Under the pieces are notes generated by a model that saw only the letters and a list, made by a program, of their open reading frames with translations, did not search any database and was not told the origin of the DNA. 64,000 nucleotides of DNA from Paracoccaceae bacterium (GTDB lineage Bacteria > Pseudomonadota > Alphaproteobacteria > Rhodobacterales > Rhodobacteraceae), in contig JAFIEC010000418.1 in NCBI GenBank assembly GCA_020832725.1, positions 5,518-69,517 of the forward strand. The letters run 5' to 3'. Position 1 is the first letter of the stretch. Every line of letters begins with the position of its first letter. Positions 1 through 9,349 of the stretch are shown in pieces. Position numbers and translations under genes: made by a program.

Positions 1-654
1 GGGCGGATCACCTCTATTGTTCGCATTTCGGTCAACAATCTGGCCGGTGTTCCCAGTATTGTTTACGGTGTGTTTGGTCTGGGCTTCTTCGCCTACACAA
101 TGGGCGGCACGATTGACCAGCTATTCTACCCCGAAAACCTGCCCAACCCGACCTTCGGCAAGGGCGGTATCCTGTGGGCATCGCTGACGCTGGCGTTGCT
201 GACCGTGCCGGTGGTGATCGTGGCCACCGAAGAAGCACTTGCCGCCGTGCCGCGTTCGATGCGCGAAGGCTCGCTGGCCTGCGGCGCGTCGAAATGGCAG
301 ACCATCCGCTATGTCGTGCTGCCCAAGGCGCTGCCGGGCATCATGACGGGGATGATCCTGGCGATGGCGCGCGGTGCGGGCGAAGTGGCGCCGCTGATGC
401 TGGTGGGTGTGGTCAAGCTGGCCCCCGCCCTGCCGATTGACACGTTCTACCCCTTCATCCACCTTGATCGCAGCTTCATGCATCTGGGCTTTCATATCTT
501 CGATGTGGGCTTCCAGTCGCGCAACTCGGAAGCAGGCAAGCCGATGGTCTTTGTCACCACGCTGCTGCTGCTGGCGCTGATTGTCACCATGAATGCCACT
601 GCCATCATCATCCGCAACCGCCTGAAGCGCAAATACGCGACCGGCCAGTTCTGA
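1..654 (+). CDS. pstA: Phosphate ABC transporter permease PstA, C-terminal part (5' end lies outside the window)
   Basis: Frame 1 is open from base 1. Translation matches the PstA C-terminal permease core (EEALAAVPRSMREGSLACGASKWQTIRYVVLPKALPGIMTG; EAA-like loop). pstB follows directly. Confidence 0.85.
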   Translation, partial: GRITSIVRISVNNLAGVPSIVYGVFGLGFFAYTMGGTIDQLFYPENLPNPTFGKGGILWASLTLALLTVPVVIVATEEALAAVPRSMREGSLACGASKWQTIRYVVLPKALPGIMTGMILAMARGAGEVAPLMLVGVVKLAPALPIDTFYPFIHLDRSFMHLGFHIFDVGFQSRNSEAGKPMVFVTTLLLLALIVTMNATAIIIRNRLKRKYATGQF

Positions 655-663
655 GTTAGACCC

Positions 664-1473
664 ATGAGCGAAACACTCGAATTTGAACCGACCGCCTATC
701 ACGTCAAGAAATCCAGCGAAGGCCCGGCGCTGGAGATCAAGGATTTCAACCTGTGGTATGGTGACACCCAGGCGCTGTTCAACAACAATCTGGAAATCCA
801 GAAAGGGCAGGTGACAGCGCTGATCGGCCCGTCGGGCTGCGGCAAATCCACCTTGCTGCGGTGTCTGAACCGGATGAATGATCTGGTGGACGGGCTGAGG
901 ATCGAAGGCCAGATCACTGTTGACGGGTTCGACATCTACGCCAGAGGCGTCGATGTGATCGCGCTGCGCAAACGCATGGGCATGGTGTTCCAAAAGCCCA
1001 ACCCCTTCGCGATGTCGATCTATGACAACATCACCTATCCGCTGCGCGTGGACGGGGTGACCAAGAAGTCGATCCTTGATGACACAGTCGAACATGCGCT
1101 GAGCAAGGCGGCGCTTTGGAAAGAGGCCAAGGATCGCCTGAACGAAAGCGCATTGGGGCTGTCTGGCGGCCAGCAACAGCGCCTGTGTATCGCTCGGGCC
1201 ATTGCCTCTGACCCGGAAGTGCTGCTGATGGATGAACCCTGCTCTGCGCTTGACCCGATTGCCACTGCCCGGATCGAGGAACTGATCGAAGAGCTGAAGG
1301 GCAGCTATTCCATCGTGATGGTCACGCATTCGATGGCGCAGGCAGCGCGGGTTTCGGACAACACTGCCTTCATGTATCTGGGTCGGCTGATCGAATATGG
1401 CGATACCGACACGATCTTCACCAACCCGCAAAAAACGCGCACCAATGACTATGTGACCGGCCGGTTCGGCTGA
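664..1473 (+). CDS. pstB: Phosphate ABC transporter ATP-binding protein PstB
   Basis: 269 aa. Walker [10 protein letters not shown], signature [14 protein letters not shown], Walker B LLMDEP, and the typical PstB C-terminus [10 protein letters not shown]. Confidence 0.95.
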   Translation: MSETLEFEPTAYHVKKSSEGPALEIKDFNLWYGDTQALFNNNLEIQKGQVTALIGPSGCGKSTLLRCLNRMNDLVDGLRIEGQITVDGFDIYARGVDVIALRKRMGMVFQKPNPFAMSIYDNITYPLRVDGVTKKSILDDTVEHALSKAALWKEAKDRLNESALGLSGGQQQRLCIARAIASDPEVLLMDEPCSALDPIATARIEELIEELKGSYSIVMVTHSMAQAARVSDNTAFMYLGRLIEYGDTDTIFTNPQKTRTNDYVTGRFG

Positions 1474-1929
1474 TCACCCCGGCGCCCCGACTGCCGGAAC
1501 TGGCGGCAGGGGTGCCCCAGTCCTGAATTATTTCGTCATGCCGTGTCATGCCCCCGTATCATCCGCGGGCCGCCGCAGCGTGATGCCCCATGCTTCGGGC
1601 AATGCGCCGACAGCATGCATGCTACATGCAGCGCAAATTAGCAGCAAACAGAAGCGGGGTTGCCCAAATAAGCGGCAATCCCGCCCGAAACCCATGCGCT
1701 GCGCGCGCCCGGCCCGGTCTTTGATTGTAACCGGCCATGCGCGGCGAAATACAGCACGTGCTGATTATCGTGATCAGATGCATGCCCGACGGACTGATCC
1801 TGGCAGATGCTGCCCGCCGGACATGCGCAACAGGCTCGCTGCTGCGAGAAGGATATGGGGCGCGCAGTGGTCCAGGTCAAGCCGCGCCCGTCCTTCCCAA
1901 TGCAGTCGCATCAAAGGAGGATGCACCGC

Positions 1930-3210
1930 ATGGTTAAAAAATCTCTGCTTTCCACTGTCGCTGCCACGACGTTGCTTGCCGCGGCCCCTGCACTTGCTGA
2001 TTGCCCGATTCAGGTGGGCGTGCTGCATTCGCTGTCGGGCAGCATGGCGATTTCCGAAACCACATTGCGCGACGTGATGCTGATGCTGATTGACCAGCAG
2101 AACGCCAAGGGCGGCGTGCTGGGCTGCGAGTTGGAAGCGGTTGTCGTTGATCCGGCCTCTGACTGGCCACTATTCGCCGAGCTTACCCGCCAGCTTCTGA
2201 CCGTTAACGAAGTCGATGTGATCTTCGGCGCCTGGACTTCGGTGTCGCGCAAGGCACTTCTGCCGGTGCTGGAGGAACTGAATGGTCTGTTCTTCTATCC
2301 GGTTCAGTATGAAGGGCAGGAAAGCTCGCGCAATGTGTTCTACACAGGTGCTGCGCCCAATCAGCAGGCCATCCCCGCTGTTGACTATTTCCTTGAAGAA
2401 CTGGGCGTTGAAAGCTTCGCGCTGCTGGGCACCGACTATGTCTATCCCCGCACCACCAATGCCATTCTGGAAGCCTATCTTCTGGACAAGGGCATCGCCG
2501 CCGAAGATATCTTCGTCAACTACACCCCCTTCGGCCATGCCGACTGGTCAACCATTGTCTCTGACGTGATTGCGCTGGGCGCGGGCGGCAAGCAGGTTGG
2601 TGTGATTTCAACCATCAATGGCGATGCGAATATCGGCTTCTATACAGAGCTTGCCGCACAAGGGGTCAGCGCCGATGACATCCCCGTGGTTGCCTTCTCG
2701 GTCGGCGAGGAAGAGCTTTCGGGCCTTGATACCTCGCGTCTGGTCGGCCATCTGGCGGCGTGGAACTACTTCATGTCTGCCGATACCGAGGCCAATGAAG
2801 AGTTCATCGCCGCCTGGCATGAGTTCATCGGCGATGAAGCCCGTGTGACCAACGATCCGATGGAAGCCCATTATATCGGCTTCAACATGTGGGTGAATGC
2901 GGTAGAGGCTGCGGGCACCACGGATGTTGATGCAGTGCGTGAAGCCATGTGGGGCCAGGAATTCCCCAACCTGACCGGCGGCATGGCTGTGATGAACACC
3001 AATCATCACCTGTCGAAACCCGTGCTGATCGGCGAGATCCGCGCCGATGGCCAGTTCGATATCATCAGCCAGACCGACGAGGTTCCGGGCGAGGCATGGT
3101 CGCCCTTCCTAGAAGAAAGCGCCACGCTGACCAGCGACTGGCAGGTTCTGGGCTGCGGCATGTATGACACGGCCACCGAAAGCTGTGTGCAGTTGACATC
3201 GAACTACTGA
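1930..3210 (+). CDS. urtA: Urea ABC transporter substrate-binding protein UrtA
   Basis: ATG at 1930 lies 9 nt after AAGGAGG (1914-1920). Signal peptide MVKKSLLSTVAATTLLAAAPALA. UrtA-type motifs VGVLHSLSGSMAISETTL and VVDPASDWPLFAE. First gene of a urtABCDE run. Confidence 0.9.
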   Translation: MVKKSLLSTVAATTLLAAAPALADCPIQVGVLHSLSGSMAISETTLRDVMLMLIDQQNAKGGVLGCELEAVVVDPASDWPLFAELTRQLLTVNEVDVIFGAWTSVSRKALLPVLEELNGLFFYPVQYEGQESSRNVFYTGAAPNQQAIPAVDYFLEELGVESFALLGTDYVYPRTTNAILEAYLLDKGIAAEDIFVNYTPFGHADWSTIVSDVIALGAGGKQVGVISTINGDANIGFYTELAAQGVSADDIPVVAFSVGEEELSGLDTSRLVGHLAAWNYFMSADTEANEEFIAAWHEFIGDEARVTNDPMEAHYIGFNMWVNAVEAAGTTDVDAVREAMWGQEFPNLTGGMAVMNTNHHLSKPVLIGEIRADGQFDIISQTDEVPGEAWSPFLEESATLTSDWQVLGCGMYDTATESCVQLTSNY

Positions 3211-3231
3211 CAACAACCGGGCAGGGGGGCT

Positions 3232-5244
3232 GTGGTCCCCCTGCCACTGTCTTGCCGAAAGCCCCAGCCCATGCCGCGCCCGCCCTGGTTCCTGATCCTT
3301 GTCGCCTGTCTGACTGTCCCGCTGCTGTTGCGGCCCGCGCCGCTTGCCGCGCAGACAGAAACCCCGTTGCAGGATCTGCTGCAATCCATGCAGCAGATCG
3401 TTGCCAGCCCGTCGCGCGCGCGCGTCGCCGAAGTGCTGGACGCGCTGCAACAGGCTGACGCCCCCGGCACCACGACCTTCCTGAACCGCTGGGCCGCCAG
3501 AGAGGTTTATGAACGCCCCGAGGACGGGCTGTTCTTCTATGGCCGCGAAGGCGCGGCGCGCAGTCTGATCCTGATCGATATCGATACAGACGCGGACATC
3601 GCCGAAGTCACCACCCGCGATGTCAACCAGATCCGCGTCAATGCCGGGGTTCGGCGCGAGATCGAGGCCGCGATGGTCAGCTTCGAATTGCTCAACCCCG
3701 ATCCCGCGCGCCGCAGCGCGGCGCTTGCCGCGATTGCCCGCAGCCCCGACCCAGAGCAGATACCTTTGCTGGAAGCCGCGCTGGAGGCCGAGGAACAGGC
3801 CGCGATTGCCACCCGCATGGCCCGGCTTCTGGACCTTCTGAATGCCCGCTTTGCCACCGACAGCGCGATCCGCGTGGCCGCGATAGAGGGGTTGCGCGGT
3901 GACATCAGCACCGAAGCACGGCGCGCGCTGAACCAGATCCTCGCCACCAGCGCCGAATTGGCGCCTGAAATCCCCGCAGGCAGCAATGTCGCGCGCATCC
4001 GCGTTCCGGGCCAGGATATTGACCTGCTTGCTGCTTATCAGCGGCTGTCCGATGCCGGTCTTGCGCCGCCGCGGCCGGGCCGCAATGCCATCCGCGACGC
4101 GCTGCGTGCCAATGTCGTCGATGGCGAGGTGGGTGGCATCCCCGTTCATCAGCTTCACACCGATGAGATGCGCCGCGCCACCTATCGCGCGCTGGAAGCG
4201 GCGGGCAGCGTGCCGCCATTGGTCACGCAAGCCGATATCGAAGCGGCAGTCGCGGAATATGTGTTCTTCGATCAGTATCTGGAACCTGACCCCGCCGTGA
4301 CCGATGCAGCCCGCGCGGCGCTGGACAGCACGCGCACGGCCATTTCGCTGTGGCAGTTCCTGAGCCTTTCTATCGACGCGCTGTCGCTGGCCTCGATCTT
4401 CTTTCTGGCCGCAATCGGGTTGGCCATCACCTTTGGCGTGATGCGGGTGATCAATATGGCGCATGGCGAGTTTATCATGATGGGCGCCTATACCGGCTAT
4501 GTCGTGCAGACCATGATCCCGAATTACACCACATCTCTGATTGTCGCGCTGCCGCTGGCCTTTCTTGTGACCTTTGCCGCCGGGGTGGCGATGGAGCGGA
4601 CGGTCATCCGCCATCTTTATTCCCGCCCGCTGGAAACCCTGCTGGCAACATTCGGCATTTCCATTGCGCTTCAGCAACTGGCCAAGAACATCTTTGGCAC
4701 GCAGGCGCGGCCGCTGACGTCGCCCGACTGGCTGGCGGGGTCGATTGCCCTGAATGATCTGGTGTCGGTATCGACCATCCGGGTGGCGATTTTCGTGATG
4801 GCGCTGGCCTTTCTGCTGATCCTGCTGTTCATCCTGAACCGTACCCGCCTGGGGCTGGAGGTGCGCGCCGTTACCCAAAACCCCGGCATGGCAGCCAGCA
4901 TGGGTATCAACCCCGACCGCATCAACATGCTGACCTTCGGGCTGGGGTCTGGCATTGCCGGGGTGGCGGGCGTGTCCATCGGGCTGGTGGCGCAGGTCAC
5001 CTCTGAGATGGGCGCGAACTACATTGTGCAAAGCTTCATGACGGTCGTGGTGGGCGGGGTCGGTTCGGTCTTCGGCACGCTGGCCGGGGCCACCCTGATC
5101 GGCGCGCTGCAAAAGGGCATCGAATGGTTCAACCCCGGCAACACGCTGGCCGCGCAGACCTATATGGTGCTGTTCATCATCCTGTTCATCCAGTTCCGGC
5201 CCAAGGGCATTGTTGCCCTAAAGGGCCGCGCCGCAGGGGATTGA
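3232..5244 (+). CDS. urtB: Urea ABC transporter permease UrtB with a long N-terminal periplasmic extension
   Basis: The C-terminal ~300 aa is a branched-chain-type permease (GVMRVINMAHGEF..., MGINPDRINMLTFGLGSGIAGVAG). The N-terminal ~370 aa follows a signal-like segment. Start is uncertain: GTG 3232 or ATG 3271. Confidence 0.85.
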   Translation: MVPLPLSCRKPQPMPRPPWFLILVACLTVPLLLRPAPLAAQTETPLQDLLQSMQQIVASPSRARVAEVLDALQQADAPGTTTFLNRWAAREVYERPEDGLFFYGREGAARSLILIDIDTDADIAEVTTRDVNQIRVNAGVRREIEAAMVSFELLNPDPARRSAALAAIARSPDPEQIPLLEAALEAEEQAAIATRMARLLDLLNARFATDSAIRVAAIEGLRGDISTEARRALNQILATSAELAPEIPAGSNVARIRVPGQDIDLLAAYQRLSDAGLAPPRPGRNAIRDALRANVVDGEVGGIPVHQLHTDEMRRATYRALEAAGSVPPLVTQADIEAAVAEYVFFDQYLEPDPAVTDAARAALDSTRTAISLWQFLSLSIDALSLASIFFLAAIGLAITFGVMRVINMAHGEFIMMGAYTGYVVQTMIPNYTTSLIVALPLAFLVTFAAGVAMERTVIRHLYSRPLETLLATFGISIALQQLAKNIFGTQARPLTSPDWLAGSIALNDLVSVSTIRVAIFVMALAFLLILLFILNRTRLGLEVRAVTQNPGMAASMGINPDRINMLTFGLGSGIAGVAGVSIGLVAQVTSEMGANYIVQSFMTVVVGGVGSVFGTLAGATLIGALQKGIEWFNPGNTLAAQTYMVLFIILFIQFRPKGIVALKGRAAGD

Positions 5245-5248
5245 GGTC

Positions 5249-6448
5249 ATGGATATTCCGCGCAAGACCGCTGCCCGCCCCCGTCGCCGCACGCTGTTTC
5301 AGGACAACCCTTCGGTTCTGTGGTTCATGGGGCTGCTGGGGCTGTTCACGCTGGGCGTCACCATCCTGTCGGAAGGTTTCGGGCTGGGGCTGATTTCAAC
5401 CAATCTGGTCAAGATCCTTGGCATGACGCTGTGCCTGTGCCTGATTGCCATCGCGATGGATGTGGTCTGGGGCTATTGCGGTATCCTGTCGCTTGGCCAT
5501 TTCGCCTTTTTCGGGCTGGGCGGCTACATGATCGGTATGTGGCTGATGTATGCGCGCACTGAAATCGTGATCCGCGGTTCGCTGGGGCGCGGCACCATCC
5601 CGCCCACCGAACTGGAAGTGTCAGAAGCCGTGGCCGCGCAGATTTTCGGCGTCGTCGGGTCCAGCGAATTGCCTGCGATCTGGATGTTTGCCCATTCGCT
5701 GCCCGCGCAGCTTGCGCTGGTCGTGCTGGTGCCGGGGCTGCTGGCGCTGATTTTCGGCTGGCTGGCCTTTCGCAGCCGCGTGACCGGGGTCTATCTGTCG
5801 ATCCTGACCCAGGCGATGACGCTGGCGCTGTCGCTCTATCTGTTCCAGAATGATACCGGGCTGCGCGGCAATAACGGGCTGTCGGGGTTGCAGAACATCC
5901 CCGGTGCGCTGGATGTACCGCAATCCATCATCTCTATGTGGTTCTTCTGGGCCTCGGCCTTCATGCTGGGCGCGGGCTATCTGCTGTTTGCCTGGGTCGT
6001 GTCCGGCAAGTTCGGCAGTGTCATCCGCGCCATTCGCGACAATGAAGCCCGCGTGCGTTTCCTTGGCTACAATGTCGAAGGCTACAAGCTGTTCATCTTC
6101 ACTCTGACGGCTGTGATATCGGGCATTGCAGGGGCGCTTTACTACCCGCAGGCGGGCATCATCAACCCGGCCGAAATCGCGCCCATTGCCAGCATTTATC
6201 TGGCGGTCTGGGTGGCGATTGGCGGGCGCGGGCGCCTTTATGGTGCGGTGATCGGGGCGGCATCGGTGTCGCTTCTGTCAAGCTGGCTGACCGGGGGCGG
6301 CGCGCCCAATATCGATCTGGGCTTTTACCGCATCGTCTGGACCGATTGGTGGCTGGTGCTGCTGGGGCTGGGCTTTGTGCTGGTCACGTTGTTTTTCCCC
6401 AAGGGCATCGGCGGGCTGTTTGACTATCTGGTAAGGAAACAGCCATGA
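5249..6448 (+). CDS. urtC: Urea ABC transporter permease UrtC
   Basis: 399 aa polytopic permease with IRAIRDNEARVRFLGYNVEGYKLFIFTLTAVISGIAGALY. Sits between urtB and urtD. Confidence 0.9.
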   Translation: MDIPRKTAARPRRRTLFQDNPSVLWFMGLLGLFTLGVTILSEGFGLGLISTNLVKILGMTLCLCLIAIAMDVVWGYCGILSLGHFAFFGLGGYMIGMWLMYARTEIVIRGSLGRGTIPPTELEVSEAVAAQIFGVVGSSELPAIWMFAHSLPAQLALVVLVPGLLALIFGWLAFRSRVTGVYLSILTQAMTLALSLYLFQNDTGLRGNNGLSGLQNIPGALDVPQSIISMWFFWASAFMLGAGYLLFAWVVSGKFGSVIRAIRDNEARVRFLGYNVEGYKLFIFTLTAVISGIAGALYYPQAGIINPAEIAPIASIYLAVWVAIGGRGRLYGAVIGAASVSLLSSWLTGGGAPNIDLGFYRIVWTDWWLVLLGLGFVLVTLFFPKGIGGLFDYLVRKQP

Positions 6449-7185
6449 CCACCTTACTTGAAGTCTCTGGCGTGTCGGTCACATTTGACGGCTTTCGCGC
6501 CATCAACAACCTGTCCATCGCGATCGGAGAGCCGGAACTGCGCGCAGTGATTGGCCCCAATGGCGCGGGAAAGACCACTTTCATGGATATCGTCACCGGC
6601 AAGACCCGCCCTGATGAGGGCCGCGTGATCTGGGGGGAACGCTCGGTCGATCTGCTGAAACTGTCGGAAAGCGATATCGCCAAGATCGGGATCGGGCGGA
6701 AGTTCCAGAAACCCACCGTGTTCGAGGAACAGACCGTGCGCGACAATCTGGCGATGGCGCTGAAGAACCGGCGCGGGCCGCTTTCTGTGCTGACATGGAA
6801 GGCCACCACGCGCGACAAGGCGCGCATTCTGGAACTGGCAGAAGAGATCGGACTGGCCGACCGGCTGGAACGCCGCGCGGGCGATCTGAGCCACGGGCAG
6901 AAGCAATGGCTGGAAATCGGGATGCTGCTGGCGCAGGATCCACGCCTTCTGCTGGTCGATGAACCCGCAGCGGGCATGACGCCATCGGAACGCGAACACA
7001 CGACCGATCTGCTCAAACGTGCGGCGAAAACCCGCGCGGTGATGGTGATCGAGCATGACATGGAATTCATCCGTCGGCTGGGGTGCCGGGTGACAGTGCT
7101 GCATGAAGGCGCGGTGCTGGCCGAAGGTAGCCTGGACCATGTGACGAAGAACCAGCAGGTGATTGATGTCTATCTGGGGCGCTGA
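6445..7185 (+). CDS. urtD: Urea ABC transporter ATP-binding protein UrtD
   Basis: ATGA overlap with urtC. Walker A GPNGAGKTT, signature LSHGQKQWLEIG, Walker B LLLVDEP. Confidence 0.9.
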   Translation: MTTLLEVSGVSVTFDGFRAINNLSIAIGEPELRAVIGPNGAGKTTFMDIVTGKTRPDEGRVIWGERSVDLLKLSESDIAKIGIGRKFQKPTVFEEQTVRDNLAMALKNRRGPLSVLTWKATTRDKARILELAEEIGLADRLERRAGDLSHGQKQWLEIGMLLAQDPRLLLVDEPAAGMTPSEREHTTDLLKRAAKTRAVMVIEHDMEFIRRLGCRVTVLHEGAVLAEGSLDHVTKNQQVIDVYLGR

Positions 7186-7188
7186 GCG

Positions 7189-7884
7189 ATGCTGAAAGTC
7201 GAAGATCTGACCCTGCATTACGGGGCATCGCAAATCCTTTGGGGGGTGTCGCTTGACGCCCGCGCAGGCGCTGTCACGGCGGTGATGGGCACGAACGGGG
7301 TGGGCAAGACCTCGCTTTTGCGCGCAATCGCGGGGCGGCACCCCTATACGGGCGGAACCATCACGCTTGACGGGCAGGCGCTGGATCATCCTGGTCCGGC
7401 GCAGGCGGCGCGCGCGGGCATCGCCTATGTGCCGCAGGGGCGCGAGATCTTCCCGCTTCTGACAGTGACAGAAAACCTGCAAACCGGCTTTGCCTGCCTG
7501 CCCCGATCCGAGCACAAGATCCCTGCACGCATCTACGAGCTGTTTCCGGTGCTGGAGCAGATGAAGAACCGCCGCGGCGGCGACCTTTCGGGCGGGCAGC
7601 AACAGCAGCTTGCCATTGCCCGCGCCCTGATCGCCCAGCCCAAGGTGTTGCTGCTGGATGAACCGACCGAGGGCATTCAGCCCAATATCATCAAGCAGAT
7701 CGGCAAGGTCATCGAGTTGTTGCGCGACGAAGGCCAGATCGCGATTGTGCTGGTAGAGCAGTATTTCGACTTCGCCTATGGGCTGGCGGATGAATTCTGC
7801 GTGCTCAACCGTGGAGAGGTCGTGCTGAAAAAGCCGTCGGCCGAGGTCACGCGTCACGAAATTCTGCAGCGCGTCTCGATCTGA
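7189..7884 (+). CDS. urtE: Urea ABC transporter ATP-binding protein UrtE
   Basis: Walker A GTNGVGKTS, signature LSGGQQQQLAIARA, Walker B LLLDEPTEG. Last gene of the urt run. Confidence 0.9.
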   Translation: MLKVEDLTLHYGASQILWGVSLDARAGAVTAVMGTNGVGKTSLLRAIAGRHPYTGGTITLDGQALDHPGPAQAARAGIAYVPQGREIFPLLTVTENLQTGFACLPRSEHKIPARIYELFPVLEQMKNRRGGDLSGGQQQQLAIARALIAQPKVLLLDEPTEGIQPNIIKQIGKVIELLRDEGQIAIVLVEQYFDFAYGLADEFCVLNRGEVVLKKPSAEVTRHEILQRVSI

Positions 7885-7921
7885 CCGCAGGGGCGCAGGC
7901 ACATGATGCTGCCCGGTCCCG

Positions 7922-8623
7922 TCACCCCATCGCATAGCCCGCGCCGCGCACCGTGCGGATCGGATCGGTGCCGCCGGTGGAACACAGTATTTTGCGCAAC
8001 CGCCCGACATGCACATCCACCGTGCGGGTATCGATATAGATCTCGCGCCCCCAGACCCGGTCCAGCAAGGCTTCGCGCGTCCACACCTTGCCGGGGCGTT
8101 CCATGAAGGCGGCCAGAAGGCGAAACTCTGTCGGGCCAAGATGCAGGGCTTCGCCCGCGCGGGTCACAAGATAGGTGTCGGGGTCCAGACGGATATCGTC
8201 GATCTCCAGCGCCTGACCCGTCGCGACCGGGCGCAACCGGCGCAGATTGGCGCGCACGCGGGCGATCAGCTCGGCCACCGAATAGGGCTTGACGATGTAG
8301 TCATCCGCCCCGGTATCCAGCCCCCTGATGCGGTCGCTTTCCTCTGACCGCGCCGAAACCATGATCACCGCCGCCTCGCGCCCCTGTGGGCTGGCCTTGA
8401 TCTGGCGGCAGGCCTCCAGCCCCGAAAGCCGCGGCAGCATCCAGTCCAGAAGCACGACATCCGGCCCCTGTTCGGCCACTGCCAGCAGCGCTTCCTCGCC
8501 ATCCCTGGCGGTGGCGACGCGAAACCCGGCGGCTTTCAGATTGTAACTGAGAAGCGCAAGCTGGGCGGGTTCATCATCGACGATCAGCACCAGCGGCGCG
8601 GTGGTGTCAGTCGTCAGCGTCAT
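7922..8623 (-). CDS. phoB: Phosphate regulon response regulator PhoB (OmpR family)
   Basis: Receiver domain (LIVDDE, DVVLLDWMLP, KP) plus winged-helix output domain (IRTVRGAGY). 4-nt overlap with phoU. Confidence 0.9.
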   Translation of the reverse strand: MTLTTDTTAPLVLIVDDEPAQLALLSYNLKAAGFRVATARDGEEALLAVAEQGPDVVLLDWMLPRLSGLEACRQIKASPQGREAAVIMVSARSEESDRIRGLDTGADDYIVKPYSVAELIARVRANLRRLRPVATGQALEIDDIRLDPDTYLVTRAGEALHLGPTEFRLLAAFMERPGKVWTREALLDRVWGREIYIDTRTVDVHVGRLRKILCSTGGTDPIRTVRGAGYAMG

Positions 8624-9327
8624 TCCTTTGGCGCCTCTATCGTTGCGGTCGAATGGCCTTTTTCGCGTGCTTCTGTCGGCTTGCCTTCGCTTGCGAAGAT
8701 CACATGTTCCGCCCCATGCGTGACCAGATCGCCCATGCGCTCGATATTCTTGGCGATGAAGACGTAATGCAGGCAGGGCGTGATGTTGCGCGGGTCTTCC
8801 ATCATATGGGTGATGAACTCGCGAAACAGGGCATTGGTCATGTCATCGACCTCTATATCACGGCTGATGACATCGCGTGCAAGCGCGGCATCCCCGCGGG
8901 CAAAGGCATCCAGCATGTCCTTCAGCATCTGGCCCACCAGGCGCGCCTGGCGGCGTAGCGCCCCGGCGGCCCCTTCGATCATCGGTGCGGCAACCAGCAC
9001 CGGCACGCGCTTGGCCATGTTCTTGGCATAGTCGCCCAGACGCTCCATATCGCCAGTCATCTTCATCACCGCGACTGCCGAGCGCAGGTCATCGGCCTGC
9101 GGCTGGCGCAGGGCAAGCAGACGCACCACTTGGGCGTTGATCTCTTCTTCCGCCTTGTCGATGCGCTTGTCGCCCTCGACGACTTGCGCGGCCAGATCCT
9201 GATCGCGCGTTTCAAGCGCGCGCGAGGCATCAAGGATCGCGGTCTCTACCTGCCCGCCCATCGTCAGTACGGACAGGCGGATGGCTTCGAGGTCGCGGTC
9301 AAATGCGGAAAGTGTGTGCGGTTTCAT
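8620..9327 (-). CDS. phoU: Phosphate signalling complex protein PhoU
   Basis: 235 aa with two PhoU repeats (E..I....D..ID; DMERLGDYAKNMAKR and NIERMGDLVTHGAEH). Confidence 0.9.
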   Translation of the reverse strand: MKPHTLSAFDRDLEAIRLSVLTMGGQVETAILDASRALETRDQDLAAQVVEGDKRIDKAEEEINAQVVRLLALRQPQADDLRSAVAVMKMTGDMERLGDYAKNMAKRVPVLVAAPMIEGAAGALRRQARLVGQMLKDMLDAFARGDAALARDVISRDIEVDDMTNALFREFITHMMEDPRNITPCLHYVFIAKNIERMGDLVTHGAEHVIFASEGKPTEAREKGHSTATIEAPKE

Positions 9328-9349
9328 GGTTCAGTTCCTTTCAATCTGA

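Noticed and set aside
1801-1813. Sigma-54-like TGGCAGATGCTGC upstream of urtA
   Set aside because: The GG and GC elements are spaced 2 nt too close compared with the TGGCAC-N5-TTGC consensus, so it is not a credible -24/-12 promoter.
3109-8139. Long minus-strand ORFs 3109-5112 and 6454-8139
   Set aside because: They are antisense to urtB and urtD/urtE and are low-complexity Arg/Gly-rich translations.
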